From: the human T2T-CHM13v2.0 reference genome, Homo sapiens | NCBI RefSeq assembly: GCF_009914755.1 | Contig: NC_060947.1 | Direction: 5' to 3' (one strand) | DNA length: 64,000 bases | Part shown: one piece after another, positions 1 through 17,970 of the stretch | How the letters are laid out: each line of letters starts with the position of its first letter | Numbering within the stretch: position 1 is the first letter of the stretch | Position numbers and translations under genes: made by a program | The notes under the pieces: model-generated | What the model saw: the letters and a program-made list of their open reading frames with translations, nothing else | Database searches by the model: none | Told to the model about the DNA's origin: nothing

Positions 1-739
1 TATACCTCCCCCTTTTTTAACAACCAAAGCTTTCCCTCAATAATCTTGGCCAAATTTCTGCGCTTGGCTAAAAACCTATAGGCCATGGAAATTTATACCA
101 TTTAAAATATGTTTTTGGACATCTGCCTCCTTAATGTTTCATTTTTATTTATTTTTCTTCTAAAACATATTTTTTATTAAAAGAACTAGATGTGTCATTG
201 TCGTGGGCACAAACTCATCTTGTTTATTACAAAATGATTCATACAAATTAGTAATGAAAGAAATGTCCTTTTCAGAAACAGTAAACAATTTGCACAAAAC
301 ATTCCCTAAAATTTAGTTGAGCTTTATCTCAAAACCTCACATGATTTATGAAATGTTATTGGTATTTCTAAAACAAAAAGTGAAGACTAAATTACTAAAA
401 TGGAGTCAAAAGCCCCCATGAACCTCTGCATTGCCAGACCACCCCCCAGGGGTGTTTCACCCCCAAACGTGATATCCCAAATGAAAATCAACAATTTTCC
501 TATTAAAGTTAATTGGCTATGAGTAGAGATAGGCCATCAAGGTCTCCTGTCAATCTACTGTGGCTACTCCTAACCTTGTTTCTGGGGGAACTCTCTCTGC
601 TACCATGTTTTTATTTACAAAAACAGCGATTGAGCACTTATTATATCTCTGATCTAATACTTGTCAGTCGAAAAGTTAGTTACTAAGTATTTTTTAAAAT
701 TACATTTTGTAAGTTTCCTTTCATTCAAATGTTTTCTCT

Positions 740-945
740 TTTATTTCTTTTATTGTGGTAACATATACATAATATAAAATTTGCCATTTTAACCATTTTT
801 AAGTGTACAGTTCAGTAGCGTTAAGTACTTCCACATTGTTGTGCAACCATCATCATCGTCTATCTCCAGAACTTTTTCATCTTCCTAAACTGAAACTCTA
901 TTCCCATTAAACAACTCCCAATTCCTCCCTCTCCCCAGCCTTTGG
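740..945 (-). mobile_element. Old L1 (L1MA/L1MB-type) 3' UTR fragment
   Basis: ttattgtggtaacatatacataatataaaatttgccattttaaccatttttaagtgtacagttcagt...ctctccccagcc resembles the L1M 3' end in antisense; boundaries approximate. Confidence 0.75.
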
Positions 946-1059
946 TTTCATTTTGTTCTTCTCTTTTGAGATGCATCCTTTTTCTTCTAAAAATATATTT
1001 TCAATATCTCACCAAGTATGTATGCAACATTTTAGCTATCATAACTATTGAGTTTCTTA

Positions 1060-1330
1060 GAGAATAGCTAACATTTACTGTGCATTCTATTAGATTTAAC
1101 ACATACCGTGATAAGTTTACTTACTCGTTGTAGCAATACTCAACATAGGTCCTCATTCCTCCATTTTGCAGATGAAAAAACTGAGGACTTGGGAGTTTAA
1201 TGTTTCAGTTTTATTGATATTTCTTTTGAAACATATTTTGTATGTTTTTAAAACATATTTTGCTCAAGGTCACATTGCTAGTAAATGGTAAAGATATGAT
1301 TATGCAAATATTTTTCCAAATCTAAAGGCT
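1060..1330 (-). mobile_element. MIR, interrupted by a ~60-bp AT-rich insert
   Basis: MIR core ccattttgcagatgaaaaaactgagg ... tgctcaaggtcacattgctagtaaatgg. Confidence 0.7.
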
Positions 1331-1529
1331 GTGCTAACCCTGTCTTCTCCTTCTAGACTCCAGCCTCCTTCTCTGTCATCTCCACACTTCCTCCAAAACT
1401 GTAAATGTAGGCATTCTCAGGTTGTATTCTCCTTCAAGGCCCCTATTCACTTTCACAGCTTCCGCTACTGTTTCTTGGAAAATAATCTTCTATATCTATC
1501 CGCGAGCCTCTCTCCAGAACTCAAAATCC

Positions 1530-1945
1530 ATGCTGCATAACAATAATAACAATCACAAAAATAATGAAATCTCAGAGGCCCATAACAATATGACAAGAGG
1601 CATTGATGTAGCTCATGAGTGTCTAGGTAGACTGAGGCTGGCTAATGTAGGCTGGGCTCTGCTTCACATGTCATTCATCCTTTACCCAAGACAAGTTGGT
1701 TAGCCCAGGCATGACCTTCTTGGCAGAGGCTCAAGACAACAAACAGACACATGCAAAATATCTTAAGCTTAGGCTAGGAACTGGCACACTGTCACTACTG
1801 CCTTATCTATTGGCCAAAGCAAGTCAAAGATCTAAACATCAGGGGGCAGCGTATTACGTACTCTCCCCTTTTTGTGCATGGAACTTCAAATTCTACAAGG
1901 GTGTGGATGCGAGGGTAGGTGAGGAATCAGAGCCAATAAAACAAC
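1530..1945. mobile_element. MaLR LTR (MLT1J/K-like)
   Basis: aggctaggaactggcacactgtcact...tctattggccaaagcaagtca is typical of MLT1. Confidence 0.6.
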
Positions 1946-2126
1946 TGGCATTACTAATTTCTGCTTTTAATCTTATCTTCTCGTGCACACTGTTCTCTAT
2001 CATGAATCCTTTCCACTTCCATAGGTTCAACTGTCATGTCTATTAAGAGAATGTTAAAATGGTTATCTTTAGCCCTCATCTCTCTCCTGAACTTTAATCC
2101 TATGTGTTTGGTTTAAAATCATCAAG

Positions 2127-2527
2127 CAGTATGATATTGGCTGTAGGTTTGTGATAAATGGATCATGTCCTTTGCAGGCACATGGATGGAACTGGAGCTG
2201 GAAGTCACTATCCACAGCAAACTAACACAGCAACAGAAAACCAAACACTGTATGTTCTCACTTATAAGTAGGAGCTGAACAATGAGAACACGTGGACACA
2301 GGGAGGGGAACAACACACACTGGGGCCTGTCAGGTGGTGGGGTTGGGGGAGGGAGAGCATCAGGATAAATAACTAACGCATCCTGGGCTTAATACCTAGA
2401 TGATGGGTTGATAGGTACAGCAAACCACCATGGCACACGTTTACCTATGTAACAAACCTGCACATCCGCACATGTACCCCGGAATTTAAAATAAAAATAA
2501 AAACTTTAAAAAATTAAAAATAAAATA
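2127..2527 (+). mobile_element. Truncated older L1PA 3' end with a 35-bp inverted ORF2 fragment at its 5' edge
   Basis: 2161-2527 is L1 3' UTR plus A-rich tail; 2127-2161 (cagtatgatattggctgtaggtttgtgataaatgg) is near the reverse complement of ORF2 sequence seen at 59108-59141. Confidence 0.85.
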
Positions 2528-2647
2528 ATCATGCAACATCCCAGCCCCAAATACCTTAACCTAACATTTTAAAACCTGAAATTATCAGTATCTTCCTTAC
2601 CCACGCACTCATCCACAACCAAAATCAGTTTGTCCTCCTGTCTTCAA

Positions 2648-3021
<374 letters not shown>

Positions 3022-3144
3022 TAAGTATTGGAAAGGCACATGTCTACTCCATCAGAGTAACAGTGCCTTCCAACTAAGGGATGTTTCTTTGCTTTCTCCC
3101 CTCAAAAAAATCTCTTCCTCAAGGCCTCCCTTGCAACAGTGCAC

Positions 3145-4631
<1,487 letters not shown>

Positions 4632-4640
4632 TAGAGAATT

Positions 4641-8101
<3,461 letters not shown>

Positions 8102-8679
8102 CAGTTAGAGAATTCCAGTTACCTTAGAAAAAAATTCGAGGCCATTGAATTCTCCTATGGAGTCTGCATCTCTTACATCTGCCTGTTTCTTTCCAGCCCC
8201 CATGGCCATTACCTTGATTTCCACCTATGCCTCTAGTTGTCTATATTGAAAACGCTAAGTAAGATTGTCCTGTTTCTCCCCAATAACAAAAGTAGAACCA
8301 GCAAGTGGAGGGGGAGGGTGTGGAAAGGCAGATTTGGGTTCAATAGTAGAAACAACCACGGTACTCAAGGAGAAAACAGGAATGGCGGTATAATGGGTAG
8401 AACTCAGGTTTTAGCATCATACAGTCTGGGTTTATAAGCAGGCTCTGACACTTATTGTGTATTTTAGAGAAATTATTTAACCATTCATGCCTTGGTTTCC
8501 TAAAATGTAAAATGGAGCTAATAACAGAATGTAGCTTATTAGGGTACTGGGAAAATTGAGTTAACATGCGCAAAATATATACAAATTCATAAAATACAAG
8601 TACTCAAAACCTGAAGCTATTATCTCTCTTATTATTATAATAAAAGAAGTGATGTAGTTGCACATTAGGGCAGAGATTG

Positions 8680-9090
8680 CTAACTAGTAGGCAGAATATT
8701 CTTTCCTCCTCTTTCTGAGTAATGGATTAGTCCACACTGTATTTCCTAGCCTGCCTTGCATTGACTGATTTCTAGTCAATGGAACATGAGAGGAAGACGT
8801 GTGTGTTATTGCCGGATTTTACCCAGATAAACCTCCTATACATGTTCCTCCATACCATTTCCCTATTTCAGCTGGCTGAAATGGAGGGAGCCTGGTATAG
8901 CTGTGGAAACAATATACTGAAAGTGACAATCATGCCATCAGTTGATATCCTCTCACAGAGCAGAGCTGGGTCTACCTGCCCACTCCCACAACCCCACCCT
9001 GGTCTAGCTTGAACTACCCTAGATTGTTATGGATGCAAAAATTAAATTTCTATTGCTTTCAGCCATTGGATGCTTTGGTCTATTTGTTGT
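8680..9090 (+). mobile_element. MaLR LTR (MLT1I/J-like)
   Basis: tttcctagcctgccttgca...ttctagtcaatggaa...attaaatttctattgctttcagccattgga. Confidence 0.6.
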
Positions 9091-9094
9091 CTTA

Positions 9095-9790
9095 TTCTAA
9101 CCTTAGCACCAATGACATTTGGGACTGGATAATTCTTGGTCTTTGGGGGACCGTTCTGTGCACTATAGCAGCAGTCCCCAACCTTCTTGGCACCAGGGAG
9201 CGGTTTCATAGAAGACAATTTTTCCAAGGACCGGAGGGGAGGAGGATGGTTTCTGGATGATTCAAGCGCATTACATTTAATGTGCACCTTATTTCTATTA
9301 TTCCATTGTAATATATAATAAAATAATTATACAACTCACCGTAATGTAGAATCAGTAGGAGCCCTGAGCTTGTAGATGGTCCCATCTGGGGATGATGGGA
9401 GACAGTGACAGATCATCAGGTATTAGAGTCTCATAAGGCATGTGCCACCTAGCTCCCCTGCATGCACAGTTCACAATAGGGTTCATGCTCCTAAGAGAAT
9501 CTAATGCCGCTGCTGATTTGATGGGAGGCAGAGCTCAAGCGGTAATACAAGTGATGGGGAGCTGCTGTAAATGCAGATGAAGTTTCACTCATATGTCCAT
9601 CACTCATTTCCTGCTGTACAGCCTGATTCCTAACAGGCCATGTACCGGTACTGGTCCATGACCAGAGGATTGGGGACCCCTGCATTGTAAGATGTTTAGA
9701 GGCATCCCTATCTACTAATGCCACTAGCATCTTCCCTGACTCCGGTTGTTGGCAACCAAAAATGTCTCCAGACATTGTCAAGTGTCCCCT
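9095..9790. mobile_element. MER20 split by a MER1A insertion
   Basis: aaccttagcaccaatgacatttgggactggataattc ... caaccaaaaatgtctccagacattgtcaagtgtcccctg. Confidence 0.8.
9169..9682. mobile_element. MER1A (hAT-Charlie MITE)
   Basis: Termini cagcagtccccaacc / ggattggggacccctg, 514 bp, degenerate 8-bp TSD cactatag/cattgtaa. Confidence 0.9.
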
Positions 9791-10556
9791 GAAGAGCCTA
9801 TCTTACCATATACTCATCTTACTCATCTTCAGAGGTATTCACAATACTGCATGCATGATCTCTTTCCAGGGGTGGTTGAGCAGGAAATCTTGAGATGTTG
9901 AAGTCTGCCCATAATCTACAATCCTTTTCAACTCTGCAATTGACACTGGGACTTTTATTGGTGGAAAAGATCATAGACACTTGTTGGTGAATGGATTATT
10001 AGAGTTCATTTGATTCATAAGGAAAATAAGACTCAGAGGTGTTACACACCATGCAGAAATTAGGCTCCCAACTCCCATTTAAATTCTGCTTTTACTACCC
10101 CATACTGCCTGGCATAAGACTGAGTGAATACATTGTTCTGCTTTATCATTGCACAACTTTCTCATCCAATAAATTAATCTAATTTATATTTTATAGTTCA
10201 GTCCAAAGAAAATGCCCAAATAAAGATGCTAGGAGTGGAGCACTGAAGGACAGCAGTTATTCACCATGTACTGTGTACAAAAACCTATCAATTCTTTATT
10301 TATAATGACCAAAATTTACAGAGGAAAAAATCTACGTAAGCATAATTAATTTACGTCAGGCTCTATTTACCCATGTTGTTAGTAACCACATGGGCCCCTC
10401 CATGAAGAACTGATATTAACCAGGCTCACCAACCTGCTTATCCTCAAAAGGCTGGACTAATTCTCAAGGCACTGAGGATCAGAAAAGTAACAGAGAGCTA
10501 ATCTTTTCTGGTATTGATACCTATGGCAGGGTTCAAAAATATAAAATTCCTTAGTC

Positions 10557-10990
10557 CATTTCTTAACATTGAGTTCTCCCAGAAGCAGAGAGTGAGATAA
10601 GAATTTGCATGCAAGCAGTTTAATTGGGAGAAGATCCCAGGAAGCACTGGGAAAGGATGAAAGTGAGACGAGGAAGGGAAGGTGACCAATTCAAATGCAT
10701 TAATGAGCTGGTGACTACTGTGGGCACCTGGGACTTAGTCCTTCTGGGGGCCTCTGGGAGATTGGGTAAAGCTTCACTCTGAGTCATCCCACTCAAAGGG
10801 CAAGGAAGCTGGTTGTGTTAAGTGTTGCTTTCTAGGTGTAACCACTTCCAGACTTCCCTGCTGTCCTACTGTCAGCTGTACATGAGTAGGGAGAGGTGGC
10901 AGAGAAAGCCATCAAGTCAAAAGTTGCCAATGTTTGTAGTATAAAGCCTTCAGGCTGAAGCAGGCAGGACACCAGAAGCACCTGCTGTGG
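10557..10990 (-). mobile_element. ERVL LTR (LTR33/LTR16-like)
   Basis: gagttctcccagaagcagagagtgagataagaatttgcatgcaagcagtttaattgggag; similar to the copies at 51705 and 61150. Confidence 0.7.
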
Positions 10991-11533
10991 CTGAGAATTA
11001 AATCACTGACCCTCCCCTCCCCTCACCTTGCATTTCTCCCCAGCTTCAGTAGTTGTTTTCCTTTGGGTTCATTTCTACATTCAGGGAAAGAAATTTCATT
11101 CATCTTGGGTCTATCTCTAAGATTTAATTTCTCTAATTTATAGATTCCCAACTTGTGGGACATGACTGCTTTGAGGTGGTAGTGGGAGAGCCTCAAATTA
11201 TATAAGGGAATCCTCCAATCTATTTGCACACTCAACATCATTTCTAGAATAAATAATTTATCTGAAGGTATGTTTTACTGTCTTTCATATGCTGTTAGAT
11301 GCTACTTGTGTTGTGAAAATTATATATGAATTCATTTTGATTGACAAATTAATTTGCTAATTTCTGTCATTATATTATATCAGACAACTAAAATTACCAT
11401 GCTTAGTAATTCTAACTATGAGAGGTTAAAATGGAGGAGAGGTGTCCATAATTTAAAAGTTTAGAAACCATTGATATAATGGTTGGAAAACACTAAAGGA
11501 GAATTAGTCCTAATGATGCTTTGCTAATATGAG

Positions 11534-11536
<3 letters not shown>

Positions 11537-11587
<51 letters not shown>
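11537..11587. repeat. (TG)n microsatellite, about 25 units
   Basis: Directly visible. Confidence 0.97.
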
Positions 11588-11588
<1 letters not shown>

Positions 11589-11859
11589 TTTTAGTCCATC
11601 TGCTTCCAAAGTATTATTAAATGTCACTTAAGATTACACTGATATGTTTAAGTGTCTAGGCTCCAGAGTTAAATTTGATCTTGAATCTTACCTCTCTGAC
11701 TCAAGTAGCTGTTTGAACCTAGACAAATGACTTAACTTCTTCAAGCCTGAGTTTCCATATCTGTAAAACAAGCTTTTTAATATATCCTTCTTCTATGAGT
11801 GTTGTAAAGTTCAAGTGAGATATATGTATAAAGATTTCAAATACGAATTAACCAATTGT

Positions 11860-12217
<358 letters not shown>

Positions 12218-12235
12218 TTATCAATGACACTAGAT

Positions 12236-12515
12236 TAGGGTTGCCAGACAGAATACAGGTCACTCAGTTAAATTTGACTTTCAGATAATAAATGAATATT
12301 TTTAGCATAAATATGTCCCAAATATTGCATGGTTCTAGATGGGTTGGGGAAAACATGATTTTAGAAACCCTGGAATTTTCAACCTTATTTTGCATTATGG
12401 TCTTTTCAAAGCATTGCATGGGATCTACTTATAAATACCACATGGAATATACTGTAAAAATATTTGTTTTTCTGAAATTCAAATGTAACTGAGTGATTTG
12501 CTAAATCTGGCAATT
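12236..12515. mobile_element. MER53 palindromic MITE with a central insertion
   Basis: Termini tagggttgccaga / tctggcaa; cagttaaatttgactttcaga mirrored by tctgaaattcaaatgtaactg. Confidence 0.85.
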
Positions 12516-13819
12516 AGTTACATTAGCTGAATATGCCTAATCACAGAGGTGGTCAAAAGGCTTAAGGACTTGTGGATACAAGTTTCAGTTCAGTTTTTAT
12601 AAATTCCATTAAAATTTTCGATAAGTATGGCTGGATTCCTTTTAGGAAACGTAGTCTAAAGATTCACATTCTTTTATGAGCAATCGCTACAGAACAAGGG
12701 CCCCAAATTCTGTGTGTGTCTGTGTTTCTTTTAGTCCATCTGCTTCCAAAGTCTTATTAAATTCAACTTAAACTACACTGAGCTATTGATTGAACTATTT
12801 ATTCTACCAATAGACAATACCTATGGTGCTTTTCTGTGGCACGTTTAGATAAAATATTTGCTAACCTTTCAGCACAGAGGGAGATGAAGCCCTGCTAGTG
12901 AAGTCCAGCTTACCAAGGGCATATGTTATATATTCCCCTTTTATTCTGGCATACTTCTGATTTAGCCCAGATGCTGTGTAGATTCTACCGATTCTTGCAT
13001 TTCGCTGCCTACCTTTTACCAAAAGGGTTGCCTAGCAGGGTCCACAGGGTTTCCAAATGCAGGAAACTATAGCAAAGGTTGCTTGTCCTTTTAATCCACA
13101 GACTGTTATCAATGCAGATTCTTTGAATGCTTTGAAAAGACCACAATGGACAATGAGGTTGTAAATTTCAAGGCTTCTAAAAAACATATTTCCCCAGCCC
13201 TCCTAGAATTGAACCAGTTACAACAAGATCTTTATGCAACAGGGCCCAGATTCTGGACACTAATAGCTTTGCCCCTGGGTGAAGTAGGCCAGGTTTCCTT
13301 AAGCAAAGGCCGCTATTAAGCTTTTGGGTTCTCCACCAGGTCTCCAAGGCATCCATGCATGCATAAACAAACAACCCGAAACTCAGCCTTTCCTGTACCC
13401 ATGTGTAAGCTTAATGGCTTATATTACCAAAACATTACTAAAACCAACCCAGAAATAAAAGAAAATGGATGTCAAATCAGTGTAACTGTCAGTGGAGTGG
13501 TTGTCATTCTAGACTTTCTATCCCTGAAAGAAGTTGGATAGAGCAAGAAACATCTGTGTGTGCTTCTGATGTCACACACACAATCTCCCTCTCCCCCATC
13601 TACTTTTACTTTTCTCAGGCCCTTGCTGCAAGGGAAATCTCTCGAGTCTTTAGTGTAATGTCTGGAACATAGTAAGTGCTTGATAAATGCCAGCTATCAG
13701 CACTATTAACAGGCACTGTCACCTGGTTTAAGGTCAGTTCGACTCCAAGCTAAATTCTCAGTGTTCCCTATAGTTTAGGCTTTGTGGGACTAAAGGCAGT
13801 GCACGAATCATGCTCTAGA

Positions 13820-14125
13820 GCAGTGTTTCTCAAATGACCTGTATTGAAAGACAAGGTTTGCTTGTTTGTTTCCAATCCATTGCAGAATCATACTTTTGTA
13901 AAATGTAATAAAAATAAAATAAATTACTAAAAAGGGGTGGAGGGAAGCACATGAAACACAAGCCCAGTTTTAAAAATTAGGTTCAATAGATATAAAATTA
14001 TGGTGCCAAATTTCTATAAAAGTTTCTAAATGTTTACTCTTGCTTGATTTGCATATATCCTTACAGACCTGCAAGGACTATCTAAGAATTGGCACTGGTC
14101 CGGGGACCATACTTTGAGTAGCATG
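13820..14125. mobile_element. hAT-Charlie-type DNA transposon relic
   Basis: Termini cagtgtttctcaaa ... gaccatactttgagtagca. Confidence 0.6.
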
Positions 14126-14679
14126 GATCTAAAGATCATTAAACATGCATTTCACTATTGAAAACATAGGCTCTTGAAATGGAATAATATGATTATTTTA
14201 ATCAGTGAGTAAACTGACACCTTGTTCTTTTATTAATAAGAGAAGAATAACTCTGATAAGTCAAAGTAATATATGCAGTATGAAAATTTAATGATATTTT
14301 CCCCAGTAGATTAAATTTCTAATTATGTGGTATTTAGGCTAATGTTAAAATCTGTATTTTCCTTAGTACACAGGCCATCAACAAGTGGAGGTGTCTGCTC
14401 AGGAAATACAACTTATTTCTGTCAAAAATATATTGTGAATAATACAATGTATATGCAGTGTATAATACTCTCCAAAGAAGGACAAAAATCAGGAAAACTA
14501 CAATAGGTATGGATTTGCCACTTCAGAAAGCCACTGCCTTACCTGGATATGGCTCTCTCAAGTTTACAAGACTGTGGCATTAAACCATACTGTGTCTGAA
14601 TACCTTTCCCATCCCCATCTACCAAGGAAAATTCTGCTGATCTTACAAGACCCAGATCAAGAGTTACCTCTTGAGTGCA

Positions 14680-15400
14680 TTCTCAACATTCATTCATCCA
14701 TTCATTCGTCATTCACACTCATCCATCCAACAAAAGTGTATTGCCTACCCTACAATATGCCAAGCTGGAGATGGCACATGGTGGTGTAGGTGCTACAGAT
14801 ACAACATTGAACAAACCATGGTTCCTACCTTTTTAGAGTTTGTGTTCTAATGGTGAGAAAGGAGAGAAAAACAAATTAAATATATTCATAATATTGTGTT
14901 TGGTAAGTGAAAACTGTTATAAAGCAAAGTAAAACACGGACTCAACTTGCTATCTTCATCTAAACCACAGAACACAGAAAGTACTTTGACAGACTATATT
15001 CTCAATTTTCCCAAGGATGATGCACAGCTATTACCATTCTCGATACATACGAGAGAAGTTAATTCATTGCATACAATGGATGCCTTAGGGAATGACATCT
15101 TAATTTGCAGACTGAGAGAGGGTGAAATAGAGAGTAACTGAGGTGCTATTTTAGATAATGTACTCTGAGTGGCCTCTGTAAGAATTGTACAAGGGAGCAG
15201 AGATCTTTTTTTAAAAATCCTTGAGCATGAGCCATGTGGATAACTAAGGGAAAAACACTTCAGGCAAGAAAACGAAATTCAAATTCCCCAAAACATAGAG
15301 AACTTGTTGAGTCTGAGGAACAGCTGGGGGAGGCCTATGTAACTGGAATGGAATGAGTGAAGTGCCAAGTACTGGGAGAAAAGGACAGCAGGTCAGGGTT
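14680..15400 (-). mobile_element. L2 fragments
   Basis: cattcattcatccattcattc tail followed by L2-like 3' sequence; approximate. Confidence 0.55.
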
Positions 15401-16904
15401 GTCAGTAGAGGGTGCTCCTACCAAGCCTTATTAGACTGTCACTTTGCAGTTCAATTATAGCATAATCATACTATTTTTCTTCAGTTAGCAATAGGTTGTT
15501 TGAAGGCAGAATCTGTGTGACGGTCATTTTGTATTTCGACATCCAGCACTGCAACACGTTAAGGCTTAAATGTGTGACTGAACAAGTGAATGGATAGATG
15601 AATGAATTAATATATTCATACAGGGCTTTCACAAACAATATTCATTAATTATCTGCCATCCTTCCAGGAGGCGGATCTAGTCTTACTGCATCTAATTTAC
15701 ATATAAAAAATCTAGGATGTTCATCAACTTGCCTGCAGGTACAGAATTGCTAAGATCTAGGAAAAAGGACCTTCCAAATTCAGATGTTTGACTCTTAGTT
15801 TAATGCCCTTCGTATATATTGAGCTTCCAATTATGGTTAATAGAATGGACAGAAGTAAGTTTTTTAAAAAATCACTGTATATCACAATACTTTCTGAAAA
15901 TGGTAGATGCAAATGTAAAAGTTTACATTGTTTTTAGAGTGGGGACTGGCTGCCCTCTCCTGGAAATATGAAAAAATCCCATGAAGCAAAACCCATTTCT
16001 CTAGTCAATCTAAGACATTCCTCCACCCACCCACTCACCTTACCCCTCTTCCCCATCTCTCTGTTTCCTTTCTTTCCTAAACTTTTCTTTCATGTTTGTC
16101 AACCTAGATTAATGACAGGGGGTTCTTTTTTTTTTTGGCTGTAAGATTTATTTTTAAAACCTGAACTGCATCAGATACATAATACCCATTTGTTTGCAAG
16201 TTGTTGCTTTAAAATTTATTATAATCCATAGCTATCCCAAGCTTTGAGCTTCAGTTCACATTCCCTTTATATCCTCATTTTCTCCAAAATCCAGACAGCT
16301 GCCTGGGGTCCCAGCTATTACAGTCAAAACTATCGGTGATTACAGAGATGAAGAAACGTGGTTTCTCTTATTAGCTCAGTACACTTATTCTTACAACTCA
16401 AAGTGTGTTCCACAGTCCAGCAACATCAGCATAACCAGTATTAAAAATTCTGAAGCTCAGGCCCCATTGTGCTGGTAATATTTACCAGACAATTACATGC
16501 ACATTCTCATTTGAGGAGCTCTGCTCCAAGGATGCTATTGAGGCATTGGTGCTACACTGAGCTGGGGTTCGAAGTCTCCTTTGTTTTCAACCATGTGGGT
16601 GGAGGTTAGAGAAAGATTTGTTGAACACACAACACTGTAGCCACAATCTCTAATACAGTTCATGGTATTTCTTTAAAAATACAATTCCATTCATTCATTA
16701 TTAACTGATGCCATTTCTTATGTTCATCATAATCACTTTATACATACGTACCGAGTTTAAAGACAAGGTCTTAAAGTGGATATGTTCACGAACATGTGCG
16801 TGTAATGATAAATACCAAGGGAACATGGCTAAGAAATGGCATCAACTGATAAAGAATAAATGAATGAATAACAAAATTTTATTTTTAAAGTAACAGGGTG
16901 GACT

Positions 16905-17560
16905 GTGTTAGAGACTGTGGGTACACTGCTATGTGTTCACCAAAACCTATTCCCTCTCCACCCTGTCTGTGATCATGTGACTGTGTTCTGGCCAATGGGA
17001 TGGTGCTTGACTGATTACAGGCTGGCCTAGAAAAAAACTTCCCATGCAAGATCCTTTCTCCAGCCTCTGGCTGGAAGTAAGGATTCCAAAGCCCTAGGGC
17101 AAGTGTTAACAAACTGGTTTTGCACTGCCTGTGAGCTAATCATGTTTTTTACATTTTTATGGTTGAAGAAAAATTAAAAAGAAGACTATTTCATGAAAAA
17201 CCTATCAAATTCCAATCTCAGCATCCAAAGATAAACTTTTATTGGAATACAGCCACACTCATTCATTTACATATTGTATACAGCTGCTTTCACACTACAA
17301 AGGCAAAGCTGAGTAGTTTTGACACAGACCAGAAAGTCCACAAAGCCTAAAATATTTCCCATCTGGCCATTAACAGAAACAGTTTGCTGATCTCTGCCCT
17401 AAAGTCTGGCTGAACTACAAGATGGGAGGAGCATGGATCCCCAAGTCACTACAAGGAAGGCTGTCCACCAAATATCCTCATTGGACTCTTACATAAGAGA
17501 GAAACAAACTTGCAGTTTCAAAATTTCACTCAGATTTCAGGATTCATCTGTTTCAACTCA
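16905..17560. mobile_element. MLT1J-like LTR interrupted by MER58 (~17097-17400)
   Basis: catgtgactgtgttctggccaatggga; MER58 ttttattggaatacagccacactcattcatttac...aacagtttgctga. Confidence 0.7.
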
Positions 17561-17745
17561 TACAAAAAATTTCTTTTTTAAAAAATTAGATGTCCAGAGG
17601 GCAGTGTGACAGACAGGTAAACTGAATAAAGAAGATGAGAATGCATAATTTTAAGGAGATACCATTTTTGTATTCACAGCGTTTAAGTCATACTGGGGCT
17701 ACCACCGAGAAGGGGACAACTTTTCAGTAACATATTTTAAAATAA

Positions 17746-17970
17746 GTGTAATATATCCCCTCATTTCCACTAGGTGGCACTTAAGACCATTTACATTTTC
17801 AAAACGGCTCTATTTTGTAGTATGTTGTGTAATATAATCCTTTACTCCCACTAGGTGGCACTTAAGATCCTTTATAATTTCAAAACTAATACATTTTGTA
17901 ATGTAATGTGTAATATATCCCCTCATTGCCACTAGGTGGCACTTAAGATCCCTTATTCAAAATACACATT
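17746..17970 (+). repeat. 81-bp tandem repeat, about 2.8 copies
   Basis: Units start at 17746, 17827 and 17908 (gtgtaatata...); invariant ccactaggtggcacttaaga. Confidence 0.95.
17767..17942 (+). promoter_or_regulatory. Three tandem forward CTCF core motifs
   Basis: CCACTAGGTGGCAC at 17767, 17848 and 17929 matches CCASYAGRKGGCRS; binding not demonstrated. Confidence 0.75.

Noticed and set aside
14947-15141. Protein-like ORF NTESTLTDYILNFPK with an acceptor at 14970
   Set aside because: Weak donor (gtgaaa), lies among L2 fragments, no recognised homology.
17590-17720. Further CTCF-like strings (tccagaggggcag, ccaccgagaagggg)
   Set aside because: Spacing does not fit the core consensus.
17746-17970. 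CRISPR-like repeat-spacer appearance
   Set aside because: The inter-core sequences are about 70% similar to one another, there are no cas genes, and the context is primate DNA; it is a diverged tandem repeat.
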